NCBI GenBank assembly: GCA_965203295.1
Contig: CBDBCZ010000018.1
Coordinates: 1,472,001 to 1,536,000 of the forward strand
Length of the DNA: 64,000 nucleotides
Direction of reading: 5' to 3'
Origin: Nitrospirales bacterium
GTDB taxonomy: Bacteria > Nitrospirota > Nitrospiria > Nitrospirales > UBA8639
Position 1 is the stretch's first letter. Every line of letters begins with the position of its first letter. This document shows positions 25,601 through 38,636 of the stretch, piece after piece. Under the pieces are notes generated by a model that saw nothing but the letters and a program-made list of their open reading frames with translations, was not told the origin of the DNA and searched no databases. Position numbers and translations under genes: made by a program.

Positions 25601-28600
25601 GTTCCTTTCTTGAACATTGATACTTCCTAAGGATGTATTGAATCTGACGAATATCATTCAAACAAAACAAGCCTTTAAATAACCAGCTCATTTTCTAAAT
25701 AGTTCGGAAGAATCAGATAAATGGTAGCTAGTAACTTTGGCTTAAAGTCTTTGCTAGAGACCAACAAAACTAACAATTTTCAATAAAATCCTTTTTTCCT
25801 AATCTTCAGGCTAACATCAACAAAACTAAACAGGCCTTTGAATAAACAGTTCTTTTTCTAAACAGTTGGAAAGGGTCAGATAAATGGTAGCTAGTTACTT
25901 TGGCTTAAAGTCTTTGCTAGAGACCAACTAAACTAACAATTTTCAATAAAATCCTTCTTTCCTAATCTTCAGACTAACATCAACCAAACTAAACAAGCCT
26001 TTGAATAACCAGTTCCTTTCTTGAACATCGATACTTCCTAAACATGTATTGTATCCGACTAACATCATTAAAACAATTCAAGCCTTTTAATAACCAGTTC
26101 TTTTCCTAAACAGTTGGGAAGGGTCAGATCAATGGTAGCTAGTTACTTTGGCTCAAAGTTTTTGCTAGAGACCAACAAAACTAACGATTTTCAATAAAAT
26201 CCTTGTTTCCTAATATTAAGACTAACATCAACCAAACTAAACAAGCCTTCGAATAACCAGTTCCTTTCTTGAACATCGATACTTCCTAAGCGTGTATTGT
26301 ATCTGACTAACATCATTCAAACTAAACAAGCCTTTGAATAACCAGTTCTTTTCCTAAACAGTTGGGAAGGGTCAGATCAATGGTAGCCAGTTACTTTGGA
26401 TGAAAGTCTTTGCCTGAGACAAACAAAATTAACAATTTTCAATAAAATCCTTCTTTCTTAATCTTCAGACTAACATTAACCAAACTAAACAAGCCTTTGA
26501 ATAACCAGTTCCTTTCTTGAACATCGATACTTCCTAAGCGTGTATTGTATCTGACTAACATCATTCAAACTAAACAGGCCTTTGAATAACCAGTTCATTT
26601 TCTAAACAGTTGGGAAGGGTTAGATAAATGGTAGCTAGTTACTTTGGCTTAAAGTCTTTGCTAGAGACCAACAAAACTAACAATTTTCAATAAAATCCTT
26701 CTTTTCAAATCTTCCGACTAACATCATTCAAACTAAACAAGCCTTTGAATAACCAGTTCTTTTCCTAAACAGTTAGGAAGGGTCAGATCAATGGTAGCTA
26801 GTTACTTTGGCTGAAAGTCTTTGCCTGAGACCAACAAAACTAACAATTTTCAATAAAATCCTTCTTTCCTAATCATCAGACTAACATCAAGCAAACTAAA
26901 TAAGCATTTGAATAACCAGTTCCTTTCTTGAACATTGATACTTCCTAAGCATGTATTGAATCTGACGAATATCATTCAAACAAAACAAGCCTTTAAATAA
27001 CCAGCTCATTTTCTAAATAGTTCGGAAGGGTCAGATAAATGGTAGCTAGTAACTTTGGCTTAAAGTCTTTGCTAGAGACCAACAAAACTAACAATTTTCA
27101 ATAAAATCCTTCTTTCCTAATCTTCAGGCTAACATCAACAAAACTAAACAGGCCTTTGAATAAACAGTTCTTTTCCAAAACAGTTGGGAAGGGTCAGATC
27201 AATGGTAGCTAGTTACTTTGGCTGAAAGTCTTTGCTAGAGACCAACAAAACTAACAATTTTCAATAAAATCCTTCTTTCCTAATCTTCAGACTAACATCA
27301 ACGAAACTAAACAAGCCCTTGAATAACAAGTTCCTTTCTTGAACATCGATACTTCCTAAGCGTGTATTGTATCTGACTAACATCATTCAAACTAAACAAG
27401 CCTTTGAATAACCAGTTCTTTTTCTAAACAGTTGGGAAGTGTCAGATCAATGGTAGCTACTGACTTTGCCTTAAAGTCTTTGCCAGAGACAAACAAATCT
27501 AACAATTTTCAATGAAATCCTTCTTTCCTAATCTTCAGACTAACATCAACCAAACTAAACAAGCCTTTGAATAACCATGCAGTTCCGGTCTTGAACATCG
27601 ATACTTCCTAAGCATGTATTGTATCCGACTAACATCATTCAAACTAAACAAGCTATTAAATCTTAAACCAATTACTTTCCTAGACAGTTGGGAAGGGTCA
27701 GATAAATGGTAGCTAGTTGTTTTGTTTGAAAGTTTCCTGAGACCAATAAAGCTAAAATTGTACCAATTATTAGTGAAAACCCTTACTTTCTAAGCATGTA
27801 TGTATTGTATCTGACTAACATCATTCAAACTAAACAAATGATTGAATCATAAACCAGTTCCTTTCCAAGACAGTTGGGAGGGGTCAGATCAATGGTAGCT
27901 AGATACTTTGGCTGAAAGTTTTTACCTGAGACCAACAAACTAACAATTTTCAATAAAATCCTCCTTTCCTAATCTTCAGACTGACATCAACTAAACTAAA
28001 CAAGCCTTTGAATAACCAGTTCCTTTCTTGAACATCGATACTTCCAAAGGATGTATTGTATTTCACTAACATCATTCAAACTAAACAAGCCTTTGAATAA
28101 CAAGTTCTTTTCCTAAACAGTTGGGAAGGGTCAGATCAATGGTAGCTAGTTACTTTGGCTTAAAGTCTTTGCTAGAGACCAACAAAACTAACAATTTTCA
28201 ATAAAATCCTTCTTTCCTAATCAATGGTAGCTAGTTACTTTGGCTTAAAGTCTTTGCTAGAGACCATCAAAACTAACAATTTTCAATAAAATACTTCTTT
28301 CCTAATCTGCAGACTAACATCAACCAAACTAAACAAGCCTTTGAATAACCAGTTCCTTTCTTGAACATCGATACTTCCTAAGCATGTATTGTATTTGACT
28401 AACATCATTCAAACTTAACAAGCCTTTGAATAACAGGTTCTTTTCCTAAACAGTTAGGAAGGGTCAGATCAATGGTAGCCAGTTACTTTGGCTGAAAGTC
28501 TTTGCCTTAGACCAACAAAACTAACGATTTTCAATAAAATCCTTCTTTCCTAATATTCAGACTAACATCAACCAAACTAAACAAGCCTTTGAATAACCAG

Positions 28601-28709
28601 TTCCTTTCTTGAACATCGATACTTCCTAAGCATGTATTGTATCTGACTAACATCATTCAAACTAAACAAGCCTTTGCATAACCAGTTCTTTTCCTAAACA
28701 GTTGGGAAG
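22686..28709. repeat. Homogeneous satellite built from an 85-bp and a 163-bp monomer sharing a ~43-bp head
   Basis: ACTAACATCA(AC/TT)CAAACTAAACAAGCCTTTGAATAACCAGTTC is followed by either CTTTCTTGAACATCGATAC... (85 bp) or TTTTCCTAAACAGTTGGGAAGG... (163 bp). Confidence 0.97.
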
Positions 28710-28718
28710 AATTAATGG

Positions 28719-28848
28719 TATGGCTCATAAAAGCCTATGACTATAATCAGAGCCGAGTTCTGAAAGTATGATTTTGTACGCGTGATATGGGGCCGCCATT
28801 TTTTTCCCGTGCCATCCCTACATATGGAGTACTACCGTACTCCATGAT
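28719..28848 (-). mobile_element. Terminal fragment of the hairpin-ended element found at 39758-40707
   Basis: Near-identical reverse complement of 39758-39887. Confidence 0.75.
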
Positions 28849-29176
28849 AAATGGCTGCATATCACAATTGTACTTTACCATACAGTTAGTGTCAGTCATA
28901 GTAGAAATTACTAGAGCAGTTAACTATCAAAACCACAGCCTCTTTACTTCGTCAGCAATTAAGTCACTTAGCCTGCTAAAATTTAATGGATTGAATTTAA
29001 TTGGCCTGTTTTCAGCCCCTGACATCTCAAAATTCATTGCGTCAGAAATACTGGAATGGGTTCATTATACAATGAGTATCAAATATACTGACTGTACTCA
29101 CCCAGCATGCTCCATGGCTCTCCCAGCACTGGAACCGACGTCATTAAGGCTTTGTCAGCCGCATAACTGTATGCAG

Positions 29177-29432
<256 letters not shown>

Positions 29433-29614
29433 TGTCACTTACAGGCTGTTTTATGGTAAGATGGACTGCCTGCCAGCACGTGTTGGTCTATTTAAAGCCT
29501 ACCTTCAATCGTGCATGAAAGCAAGGTTTATACATTTATGAAAGAGGGCCCAGAATAAACAATGTACATTCAAAACCGACAAAGTATAAAAGGAGTAGTG
29601 TTGACCCTGACTAG

Positions 29615-30602
29615 AAATGGGCAGCCTCACATGCCAGTTACATAGCTGACCTTGACAAGAGACCTTCCCCCCCCCATGCACATGCAGGCGAATGCCTTCC
29701 TGATGCTGACTGGAGTACAAATTGAAACCTATACTACACACATTCTCAAACATATTCTATTCCAATACCTAAACATTTGTTACCACTTCCCAAAAAAACG
29801 CCCATAACAAGTTACAGAAAAAGCACTTTTCTAAAAAGTGCAAAAACAAGTCATGTAGGGATGGACTTTCACCAAAAAACAGTTCCCCAAAAACCAATGA
29901 AACAAGCGACAATGCACAACGCAATGCGTGCACAGACAACCCACCCATCACAGCGCAATGCATTTATTGCGTAGCTACCATCTCTACATCTTTCCAACCA
30001 CACCCACCACAATCCGTACCTCGCCCCCATACTTAACTGCACCCCAATACTTCCTTCAACACACACAACCATCCACAATCATCACTATCATATATATACC
30101 ACCCTTACATCCTTATCCACAATCATTAATGGCTACATTATAAAACACAACACCCCACACTACAGCCAACCCAAACCTTCACAGGAACGCTAGCTACTCC
30201 CATCAAAATTCACTTCACTCCACGAATCCCACATTCTCAAGCACAAACCAAGCAGAGCAATTCCTCACAACATCAACCACCATACAACACACTCAACAAA
30301 GTTGACAACACTCAATCTATACTTTACCAACACACCCACACAGACCTCCCCTACAAAGAACCTGCACATACAAACACTCTCAAAACTTCATCACACTCAA
30401 CAACCAAACACAACCAAAGTCCCTATACAAACATGACTCCACCCTCAATGACTCACTAGTCCAACATATACACCATGAACACTTTCAGCTACCCTCCACA
30501 ACCTCCAACATACTAGTCATAATTAGCAATATACACACACCAAATTACACTACCACTGTTCACATCTCACATATACATGATTGTGGTTGGAAAGATGTAG
30601 GG
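29615..30602. repeat. C/A-rich interspersed repeat (copies at 40720-42010, 59330-59660 reversed, and 59995-60195)
   Basis: Shared AAAGTGCAAAAACAAGTCATGTAGGGATG..CCCCAAAAACCAATGAAACAAGC and CATCTTTCCAACCACACCCACCAC blocks. Confidence 0.85.
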
Positions 30603-31155
30603 AGAAGATGCTAGCTCTTTCCAGCGACTACAAGACTTAGTCTCGCGATGTCAGGCACTTTAACACAAAAGGTTAGTTGCGGTATAGTCCTAGCTGTAAG
30701 TGAAAGCCAAGCAGAGATATAACTGCTATGCTAGGCTAACCATGTTGATGTGCATTAAATGGAGTCGGTGCCGTTCGCCTGCATGTAGCCTGTGGTATAG
30801 CTAGGCTACAGTGCTAGCTCGCCTGTTTGGTCTAGCAGCTGTTTGTAGTCTCTCCTCTGAGTCACTGCCTCTGGTTAGAATGTGGTGAACATGCAAGCAG
30901 CCATGCTGAGAATAAAATCAGTGCCATTCACTTGATATGCAGCTAGGCTATGGCTGTGAAGAGCTAGGCTGTAGTCCCAGAATGCCTAAACTGTTTTACA
31001 GCTGATTGTAGTCTTCTCTGTAGCGCTGTCTCCACACTTCAATCTGCCAGCAACACTACTAGCTAAATGTACCCTACAAACCAACAAATCGCATGCAGAT
31101 TACATCTTTAATCTCTATCTGTATAGAGCGAGCGCAGCGAGCGAGTTCAACAAAC

Positions 31156-31194
31156 ACAAGTAGTTGTGCGAGCGAAGCGAGCACAACTACTTGT
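31156..31194. mobile_element. Rolling-circle (Helitron-family)-like terminal hairpin
   Basis: 14-bp perfect stem ACAAGTAGTTGTGC/GCACAACTACTTGT around GAGCGAAGCGA. Confidence 0.45.
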
Positions 31195-31509
31195 AATTTT
31201 AAAGCAGATTAAATTGGCCAGTAAAAACAAATGTAAACACTCACAGCCAGCAGCTCTTTGGGATCAAACATTGACTCCTTGTCTTCAGCTGCTTTCTTCT
31301 TTCGCTCTGTAATGAGTCTGTAGGACAACAGGGAGACAGGCACACACGTTATCTAATAGGTAACTATTCTGTAGGTCCACACAAGTGGCCCACTACCACA
31401 TGGAAACATCACTGTGGTCATGTACTTTGATTCTGCAAGAAACAATGCGAATGTAGCTAGGTCTACATGATATGTGAAATTAGTTACAGGAAATTATAAA
31501 AGTGATCGA

Positions 31510-32760
31510 GTGAAGACAGCACGTACATACCAAAACCTTCTCACAACACTGTGTAAGTGATTAAGTTTTTTTCCTTTCACGATCACAATCTGTACATGTC
31601 TATCCAATGAACCATTATTAACAAATTCAATCCCCAAGAAACTGTAACTTGCAACCCTTGGAATGTCTTTATCTCCCCACTTCCGTGTGAATGTACCTGT
31701 ACCAACCTCCATGGAAAATACTATAACAGCACTCTCCTTTACAAAATTCCTGTACTACATTAATCAACGTTTGTAAGTCCTCAGTATTTGTAATTAAACC
31801 TACAAAATTATCAGCAAACATTAGACCCCCAACATATAACATCAGTCTTAATAGTTGTGCCAATCCCAGCCTTTGTGATCTCATCTAACAACTGATTGGA
31901 AAATACATGCAGGATAGGAGACATATTACAACCCGTACCACCCGACCTATATTGAATGATTGGATTTTAATCCCTCCAGTAAAACAGCACTCTGTGCGAT
32001 GTCATACATAGTCTTAATAATTATCTCTCCACATCCTACTTAGAATCTTGCAAAATCTACCACATTCAATAGTGCATGCAATGCCTCTGTAATTACCCGG
32101 GTCCTCAGCACCTTTTTACCAGCCGGAGCGCGTGCAGCACGTGAACGGCTGGTCCTAAGATTGCTTCACGCTTTTCGCGTCTGTTAGTTTGTCTGTTCGT
32201 GCGTCCGCACTTACCACGTGCGCAGTATATTACGTCATACGTTACTATGCAACTGCCGTGTATAGCTACAGCAAATGAAGGTTGTTGTGTGCTGCCTAGA
32301 TGGCGAAAACGTGGCAGGAAGCCGTAAAGATTCTGTTTTCGCGACATATAGCTACTAACTGGAAGCACACAACGAAACTGACGACTCAGCACTTTCGCTG
32401 TACAGAGTTATGTAGATTGCTTAGTTTCTGCAGCTCAGCATAGTTACTATAATTTGTAGTTCTACAGTTGCAGTTACTTTGGCCTAAGCTGAGTTGTGTA
32501 TTGTACGGGAAAGGTGGGAAAGGTTCCCGGCTAGTTTTTAGACATGAAATGTCAGACTTGTCTATACAAGCTAACAATTGACCCTTGTCTGCGGAATACT
32601 CTCGTCTGTCCAAACTACTTCATATAAACTTTCAGCAGATTAGCCATTCCTTTGCCACCATACTTAAAAAGCTCCCCAACTAGCCCATCATTACCTTCTG
32701 CTTTTTATTCTTTAGACTTTTAGAACATATCTTTTGAGTTCTGCATATGTACCTACCAAC
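31510..32760 (-). mobile_element. LINE RT fragments of the same family as 42860-46325, interrupted by a Helentron-like element
   Basis: VGGLMFADNFVGL and KWGDKDIP..YSFLGIEF..GS.D.HVQ match the + strand LINE; 32562-32730 matches the reverse complement of about 44660-44840. Confidence 0.85.
32113..32561 (+). mobile_element. Helentron-associated (HINE/DINE-1-like) non-autonomous element; copy at 48944-49451(-), 3' fragment at 37516-37598
   Basis: 5' T-run, then an ACCAGCCG..CGGCTGGT hairpin, a GTCT-like microsatellite, a 3' subterminal CGGCTRGT, a GACAT-GAA-ATGTC stem-loop and TTGT. It sits in a T-run of the LINE with no TSD. Confidence 0.7.
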
Positions 32761-34609
32761 TCGCGCTGAATATCTGTCAATGAACATAAATGATCCTGAA
32801 GGAATATCTGTTATTTGTGCGTCTATACCATTACTACGGTCAATGAACGTCAATGACCCAGAAGGGTTGATATGAGCATGAGAGGTGTATGTCCCCGTAT
32901 TACCAACAATAATACCATTGTGCTAAGAGCTGGACAAACAAGAGCATATACATACAAAGAAAGTGACAAGGGTACAGTGAAATGTCTAGTTCGCAGTTTT
33001 TGATACAAACAGACGACTGGTCAAACGTACAATTTAATAACGTCCACACTATAGATCTATGTGTGCATTTTAATAGATCAATAATTATATCACGCCAAGT
33101 TCATGGAAACAGGAGGGGCACCTTAACCCTAGAACAGTAGCTACACAATCATGCCACTCACATGCCAGTTTGATGTAGTTTCCTGACTGCAACAGACTGC
33201 ATTTATGTCAGTATAGAAATTTGAAATAGCACTGACCTGTGTGGTAGAGGTTTGCAAAGCTCAAAACTTTACTGTGTAACAGCTTGTAATGGGCAAAGGA
33301 GTGCTTCTTATATGAAAGGCCTTGCAATTGAAAACGTACAGCTGTAGAATATTGTACAACTGTGGAATATTCATAGCGTCTGGTTCACTAAAGCAGTTTC
33401 ACAAGCCAGCACACTTACATTCTACAGCATCCATCACTTACAGTATTGGCATGTGGAAGAGACATGTGCTGATAGCCTGATGCTGACACTCTTCCACATG
33501 CCATGCTGATACTGAAAGTAATGGGTTTGATTCTGTGACTACCACTGAAGTTACCACCTGCCCTTAACAGAGACAAGAAAAGTACAAGTGTAGGCCAGAG
33601 CAAGTTGTCACCCCACCCCACCCATGCCCCACAGCCCCTGCACAGGTGACACTCAATCTACTTCCACAACAAATGTACACTTGTTTACACAACTGTGTGA
33701 ACAAACAAATATAACTAGGAGGTAAGATGCAAAAAGCCTTGTGTCAAAGTACCATTTGGTAAGTGTTCTACAAATGCCTGTCCAATCCTACTAATGCATT
33801 TCTTCTGATTTGAAAGCATGTCCACGTATGTAATAGGGCCAATGCTCTGTAAGTATACGAACATACTATCATAAGTAAAGTACAAAGGACTAAAACACTG
33901 ACAGCTATTTGGACTTTGTGAGTGCGGTGATGGTGTGTGTAGCACCTAGAGCTGACCAGCAGCTACATACAGCTCTTAATTTGACTCACACCAGGAAAGC
34001 CTCCATGAATTAAAAGTGAACAAAGGTTTTACTGTAGTTTAGCTTTTCTCTGGTCTCCTAATCCTTCAATTACAATAGAAAAACTACTGATAAACATGAT
34101 TTGCTAATCAATCCAAAAAGTTAGCAACACCCAACAGCCAGACACTGAAGCCAGACACACTAATTTTTTCCAGCCCAGTTGCTAGGGTAGGCTAAGGTTC
34201 CCCAGTGGTTATTGATAATGACAAGATCACCATTGCACTACATGTCCAACTACCTCTGTGATTGCACATCAACATGACTGTTTTCAAAGAGCGTATATAT
34301 ATATATAACTATATATAAACTATTAAATGCACTCATGCTGTTGACAGATATTGGTATTGTCATTACCACGGATCAGCAGCTGTTTGATAGAGATTCCTTC
34401 AGACCCAGTTACTCACTTATTGGTTCAATAAAGTGACACCTGTTAATTCAAAGTTTCAGCTAACTGTGAGACATGATCAAGCATTGTTCTCAGCTGCTGG
34501 TCGACACTAGCTACCAGGAATCCAATACCTGATTCTGTGAAAGTGTTTAGCCAACTACGTACATTGTCTACTATTGCACCTACGAACACGTACAAACTGA
34601 TCGATTTAC

Positions 34610-36714
34610 CTTCCCAACTGCTTGAAGAGGCATAAGGGACTTGATCTTGACCAGCTGCCTTGTACTACCGGGAACAAACAACTTCTCCTTGCCGAACACT
34701 GACACATCAGACCTGTGTGGCATAATTCACACTCACAACAGGCAGAATGGAGCTACATGTAGACAGAAACTGCCCAGAGCTTTGTTTAGCCAATTAATAA
34801 CACTATGCTAAAGGAGATGTAGAATCAACTTACCCGGTAGTATACGGTTGGTACATATGTACACATATGCATGGTTCTTGCCACACTAATTATTCTACAC
34901 TCAAACATTACATTTATCTCCAACATTAAAATTTTACACTGCTTCCTAGCCCTGCACCCAAATACTGGTATTCTTATACCTCTGTTAGCATCAGTTTTTT
35001 ACATTTCAAATGGACTTACTCTTCCTCTTTATTTTCAAGCTTGTTGAGATTAACAGCTTCAAAGCCCGCAGCAGGGTCAAACTTTACAACTTCCGAGTAC
35101 ATTGGACCTGTAGTGGTGTTCTGGATCTGAACTTCAAGAAGAATATCATCCTGCGTGGTTTATTATGCAGTTCATTATTCACAAGCCATCAACTACGTAC
35201 ATAATTACGTGGCCTCATTCCCAGGTACTCTGAAAATACATAGTGTGGGGGATACAAGCTACTATGGGAACAGGGTTAGTGTACTTTATACAATTCTTGA
35301 GATGGTCTGTTAATGAAGCAGAGTGTTTGATCTTGTCTAGTAGTACATGTAGATCTACTGACAACCCTCAACAAGCAGATCAGTGATCAGCTACAGGTAC
35401 TTTGTAACTATTCTGCACAGTCCCTGTGTCCATTGTTCACGCTCTGGCTGGTTATAGAATTTCAGCTACCTGACAGACATAAATTCCCCTACACACGTAG
35501 AAGAACATTTTGCTAATGCTCTTATCACACCTCTGTACATACCTCTATGTTAAAAAACTTCGTCTTTACATCAAGTGGTTTAGCAACCTGTATTTGAAAG
35601 AGACACAAGACCATAATTTAGCACACTGTCAGCAATGGACTGAATACAGCTTACAATCAATGCCAAAGTTACACTCAAGGCTTTACTATTTACAGTAAAA
35701 TGCTTACATTGAACTTGAAAAACTTGCGAAGGAAATGTTCTTCTCCTGCGGAGTGCACAGTGTAGGTGGAAGTACAGATGAGGCTGTAGTAATATATAAC
35801 GTTGAGGAAATCAAGAGATTGGTACTTTAAAAACCGCTCTATGAGGGTTTTGAAAGGCGTGTTGCATGCGACTTCACAAACAAAAAGCATTTGAGGTCGT
35901 GCCTAGCACTGGAGGGACAGTGGAGATATCCTTTACAGGTGAATGTGACATAGATCTACGTCCAAATAACGTAAGTCACATATGAAGCTACATAACATAC
36001 TTCTATGTTGATGTTCTCACCCACCCATTCCCTTCAATGCATATACACTCTCTCATTACCTACATAGACAGTTATGTGTATCCCTTATAGCTTCGAATCA
36101 AGGCTACGTATATCTCTTACCTCTGCTCTCCCAGTTCCTTTACTTCATGCGCTATGATTCGCTCTTAACAACTCCCCCTGGGTCCAGCTGGAAGGAGTCA
36201 ATAGTTTCACCTGTACAATGTGAAGACGCAACTACTATACACACTGCCAAGTTCAAGATAAGTGCTGCAGTGAGCAGTAACTATAGCAGCAATTAGCGAT
36301 AAAAATTTGTGACTTGTCCTTATAAGGAATATAAACGGAGCAGATCTGTATGGCCTTCAGACACAAAACTTCAGTACAGACAGAGTCAGCCATCTCCTAT
36401 ACCTATGCATTACATGCATAATTTGTCCTAATATTGCTAGGGTCGCAACTAAGCCTTCCCACACCGATATTTTATGGTCATGAAAAAAAACTGGCAATAC
36501 GACACGACACTATGTAGCTTTAATTACTTGGTGACTGCAAGACCAGACAGAGATCATATACGTACATAGTTCTGTCTGTTACATGACATTTTGTACAGAT
36601 GCTCACTCCATGGCTCTGCTGCAACCTACCTTAAAGATGGTTTCCTTCACCACCTCCTGGCTGTCGTTGTGCACGGTAACAAAGCCACTGAAATTTTCTC
36701 CCAGGTAGATCATC
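34610..36714 (-). pseudogene. TRAPPC13: TRAPPC13 internal exons: 36714-36630, 36210-36121, 35783-35708, 35587-35543, 35150-35020, 34712-34610
   Basis: Exons read IYLGENFSGFVTVHNDSQEVVK, IIAHEVKELG, LICTSTY..AGEEHFLRKFFKFN, VAKPLDVKTKFFNIE, DILLEVQIQNTTTGPMY and SVFG..STRQ, all with GT-AG boundaries. There is a +2 frameshift near 36170. The ADLQT-type exon and the terminal exons were not found. Confidence 0.9.
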
Positions 36715-36799
36715 CTTGAACGGGGAGAGGGTAAGAATGGTCAGCTTTCACAATCAGCAGCCAAAGGCAACTACATATACGTATATGTATATGCATGCA

Positions 36800-37070
36800 C
36801 ATGCTCCTGCAACTCACAGGCCGTAATCTCACAAATACAACAGTCAGCAATACTGCAGTTTCTTGGCTGGACCTTCGCCATTCAAACGTGGTGTTCTGGT
36901 ACTGTGCCGTATCATGTAGATGGCGGAGCTCCCTTCCAGAGCCATCCCTCAGGGGGAGCAATTTCAACAATCTTCTTGACATGAGTTTGGTGGATGAGTA
37001 TGGGACGATTGCAGCGGGACCTCAAACATGTGACTGCTTCAGTGTATTGGTCTTCAGATCGGGAACAACT
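36800..37070 (-). mobile_element. BEL/Pao LTR-retrotransposon gag fragment
   Basis: EAVTCLRSRCNRPILIHQTHVKKIVE, then after a frameshift PLRDGSGRELRHLHDTAQ, a typical Pao gag segment. Confidence 0.65.
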
Positions 37071-38065
37071 ACTACACAGTGGCAAAAAGAGATATATATA
37101 GAAAAAAGGAGAGTTCTAGAATGTTCCAAGAACAGGTGGCACAAGAACAGGTGGCACAAGAACAGGTGGCAAGGACAAGGGAAAATCAGGAGTCAGAAGT
37201 CTATGTACAAGAAAACAGGAAAGGGCCTAAAGCATCTTTGAGCATGGTTACAACTACAACATGAACAATAGCTAATCATTGACATATCTCTAACAGACGT
37301 ACATGTATGTACATGTGGATCGACAAATGTGACGTACATGTATGTATTGCCACACTATTGACCCAGACGTGAATTTCCATGCCATAGAGTTTGCAGTATT
37401 CTCAATCGCGGCAATGTTATGAAAATGGCAGTGCTACATGTACCAAAAGCAACTTGTACTGTACCAATTCATTCTCACTACTGTTGATGACAATTGTCCA
37501 AGTGCTGGATTTTAATAGCTTGGCCTAAGCTGAGTTGTGTGTATTGTACGGGGAAAGGCGTCCGGCTGTTTTTTTAGACATGAAATGTCAGACTTGTTTG
37601 ATCAGAGTTTGCAGGTGGGTAATTATAGCTGGAGGCCTGCCTGACTCACCTGCCTGGCTGCTATATACCACTTCAGTTCCCTCTGTGTGGCGTCATTGTG
37701 GTCTGGTGGAGAGTAGAAAGAGGGAATTAATCAACTCCAATAACCTTAGAGCAGTTACCCTCTCACGGCCAGTGAACTATAGAGCCTTTTTATAGAACTG
37801 AGTTAATTTTTTTGTGTTCCAAAGTCAGACTGACTGTGTTATATATCGATCACTTATCTGCCTGTTTAATACATGTACATCTAGATGTTTTGATACTACA
37901 TGAGTGCACGTACTTAAATGTACTTTATTGTATGTTTCACTGTGTCTGTAATAGGGTCACGCTGTGGCAGCCACCTCCCTATAATGGCCACCATATGTGG
38001 CCCAACCTACATGTTGGTAGTGCACAGTGGACCTCGTAATACCGTGGATACAACCACCTCTTATA

Positions 38066-38636
38066 CCGTATAGCGGGAAATTTTCACCCGGCGTAAATTT
38101 TCGCCAATTTCGCCAGTCAGCTCAAGTGCGAAAAATTAACCGGTGAAATTTTAACAGGTGAATTTTTTACACATAGTCAACGGTAGCATGCAGCTGCGAA
38201 AGTTAAGCTCACCATCGACTACCGGTATGGCTCTGCTGCGATATTTACCACATGGACAGCTCCCTGACTCAATGGGGGCACTGTCATCTTCGTTGCTATC
38301 ATCGGCAATTGCGGAAGCGAACGTAGCCGTTACCAACGCTCGGCACAAAGAAGAGGCTACAAAGGCAAAAAGAGGGCCTTATACGTATGATGCTAAGTAA
38401 TGAACTGAAGTCCAAATCGCTAGTGAGAACGGAGATTCTGCGGCAGCAAGACACTTTTTCAACCTTCTCGAGACTGCTAAACTGCTGTGTTGAATGGAAT
38501 AATTATTGATAATGCCATCGAATTTAATTTTAGACAATTGCATGAGCGCGAAAATAAATCTGCCGAAATTTTCCGGCAATACTACGCATCTGGGTTTGGC
38601 GAAATTTCTCCTCAGCGAAAATTTCCCGCTATACGG
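38066..38636 (+). mobile_element. pogo/Tc1-mariner deletion derivative
   Basis: TA|CCGTATAGCGGGAAATTTTC...GAAAATTTCCCGCTATACGG|TA. The interior encodes MALLRY..LPD..G.LSSSL.S.AIAEAN..KRGPY..ENG..AAARHF, a pogo-type N-terminal DNA-binding region. Confidence 0.85.

Noticed and set aside
22686..28709. CRISPR-like array (constant ~43-bp head plus variable part)
   Set aside because: Only two recurring spacer types, no unique spacers, no cas genes, and a eukaryotic context. It is a satellite.
29700..29728. Hammerhead ribozyme (CTGATG...GAAAC; also 40840-40869)
   Set aside because: The core reads CTGATGC rather than CTGANGA, stem II is mismatched, and I could not build stems I/III. At most a decayed relic.
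33755..33850. Possible exon SIGPITYVDMLSNQKKCISRIGQAFVEHLPNG
   Set aside because: It has AG/GT boundaries but does not resemble the expected TRAPPC13 continuation, and it is too short to assign without a search.
37126..37172. QEQVA-repeat peptide
   Set aside because: Three copies of a 15-bp repeat beside a retrotransposon fragment, with no evidence of an independent gene.
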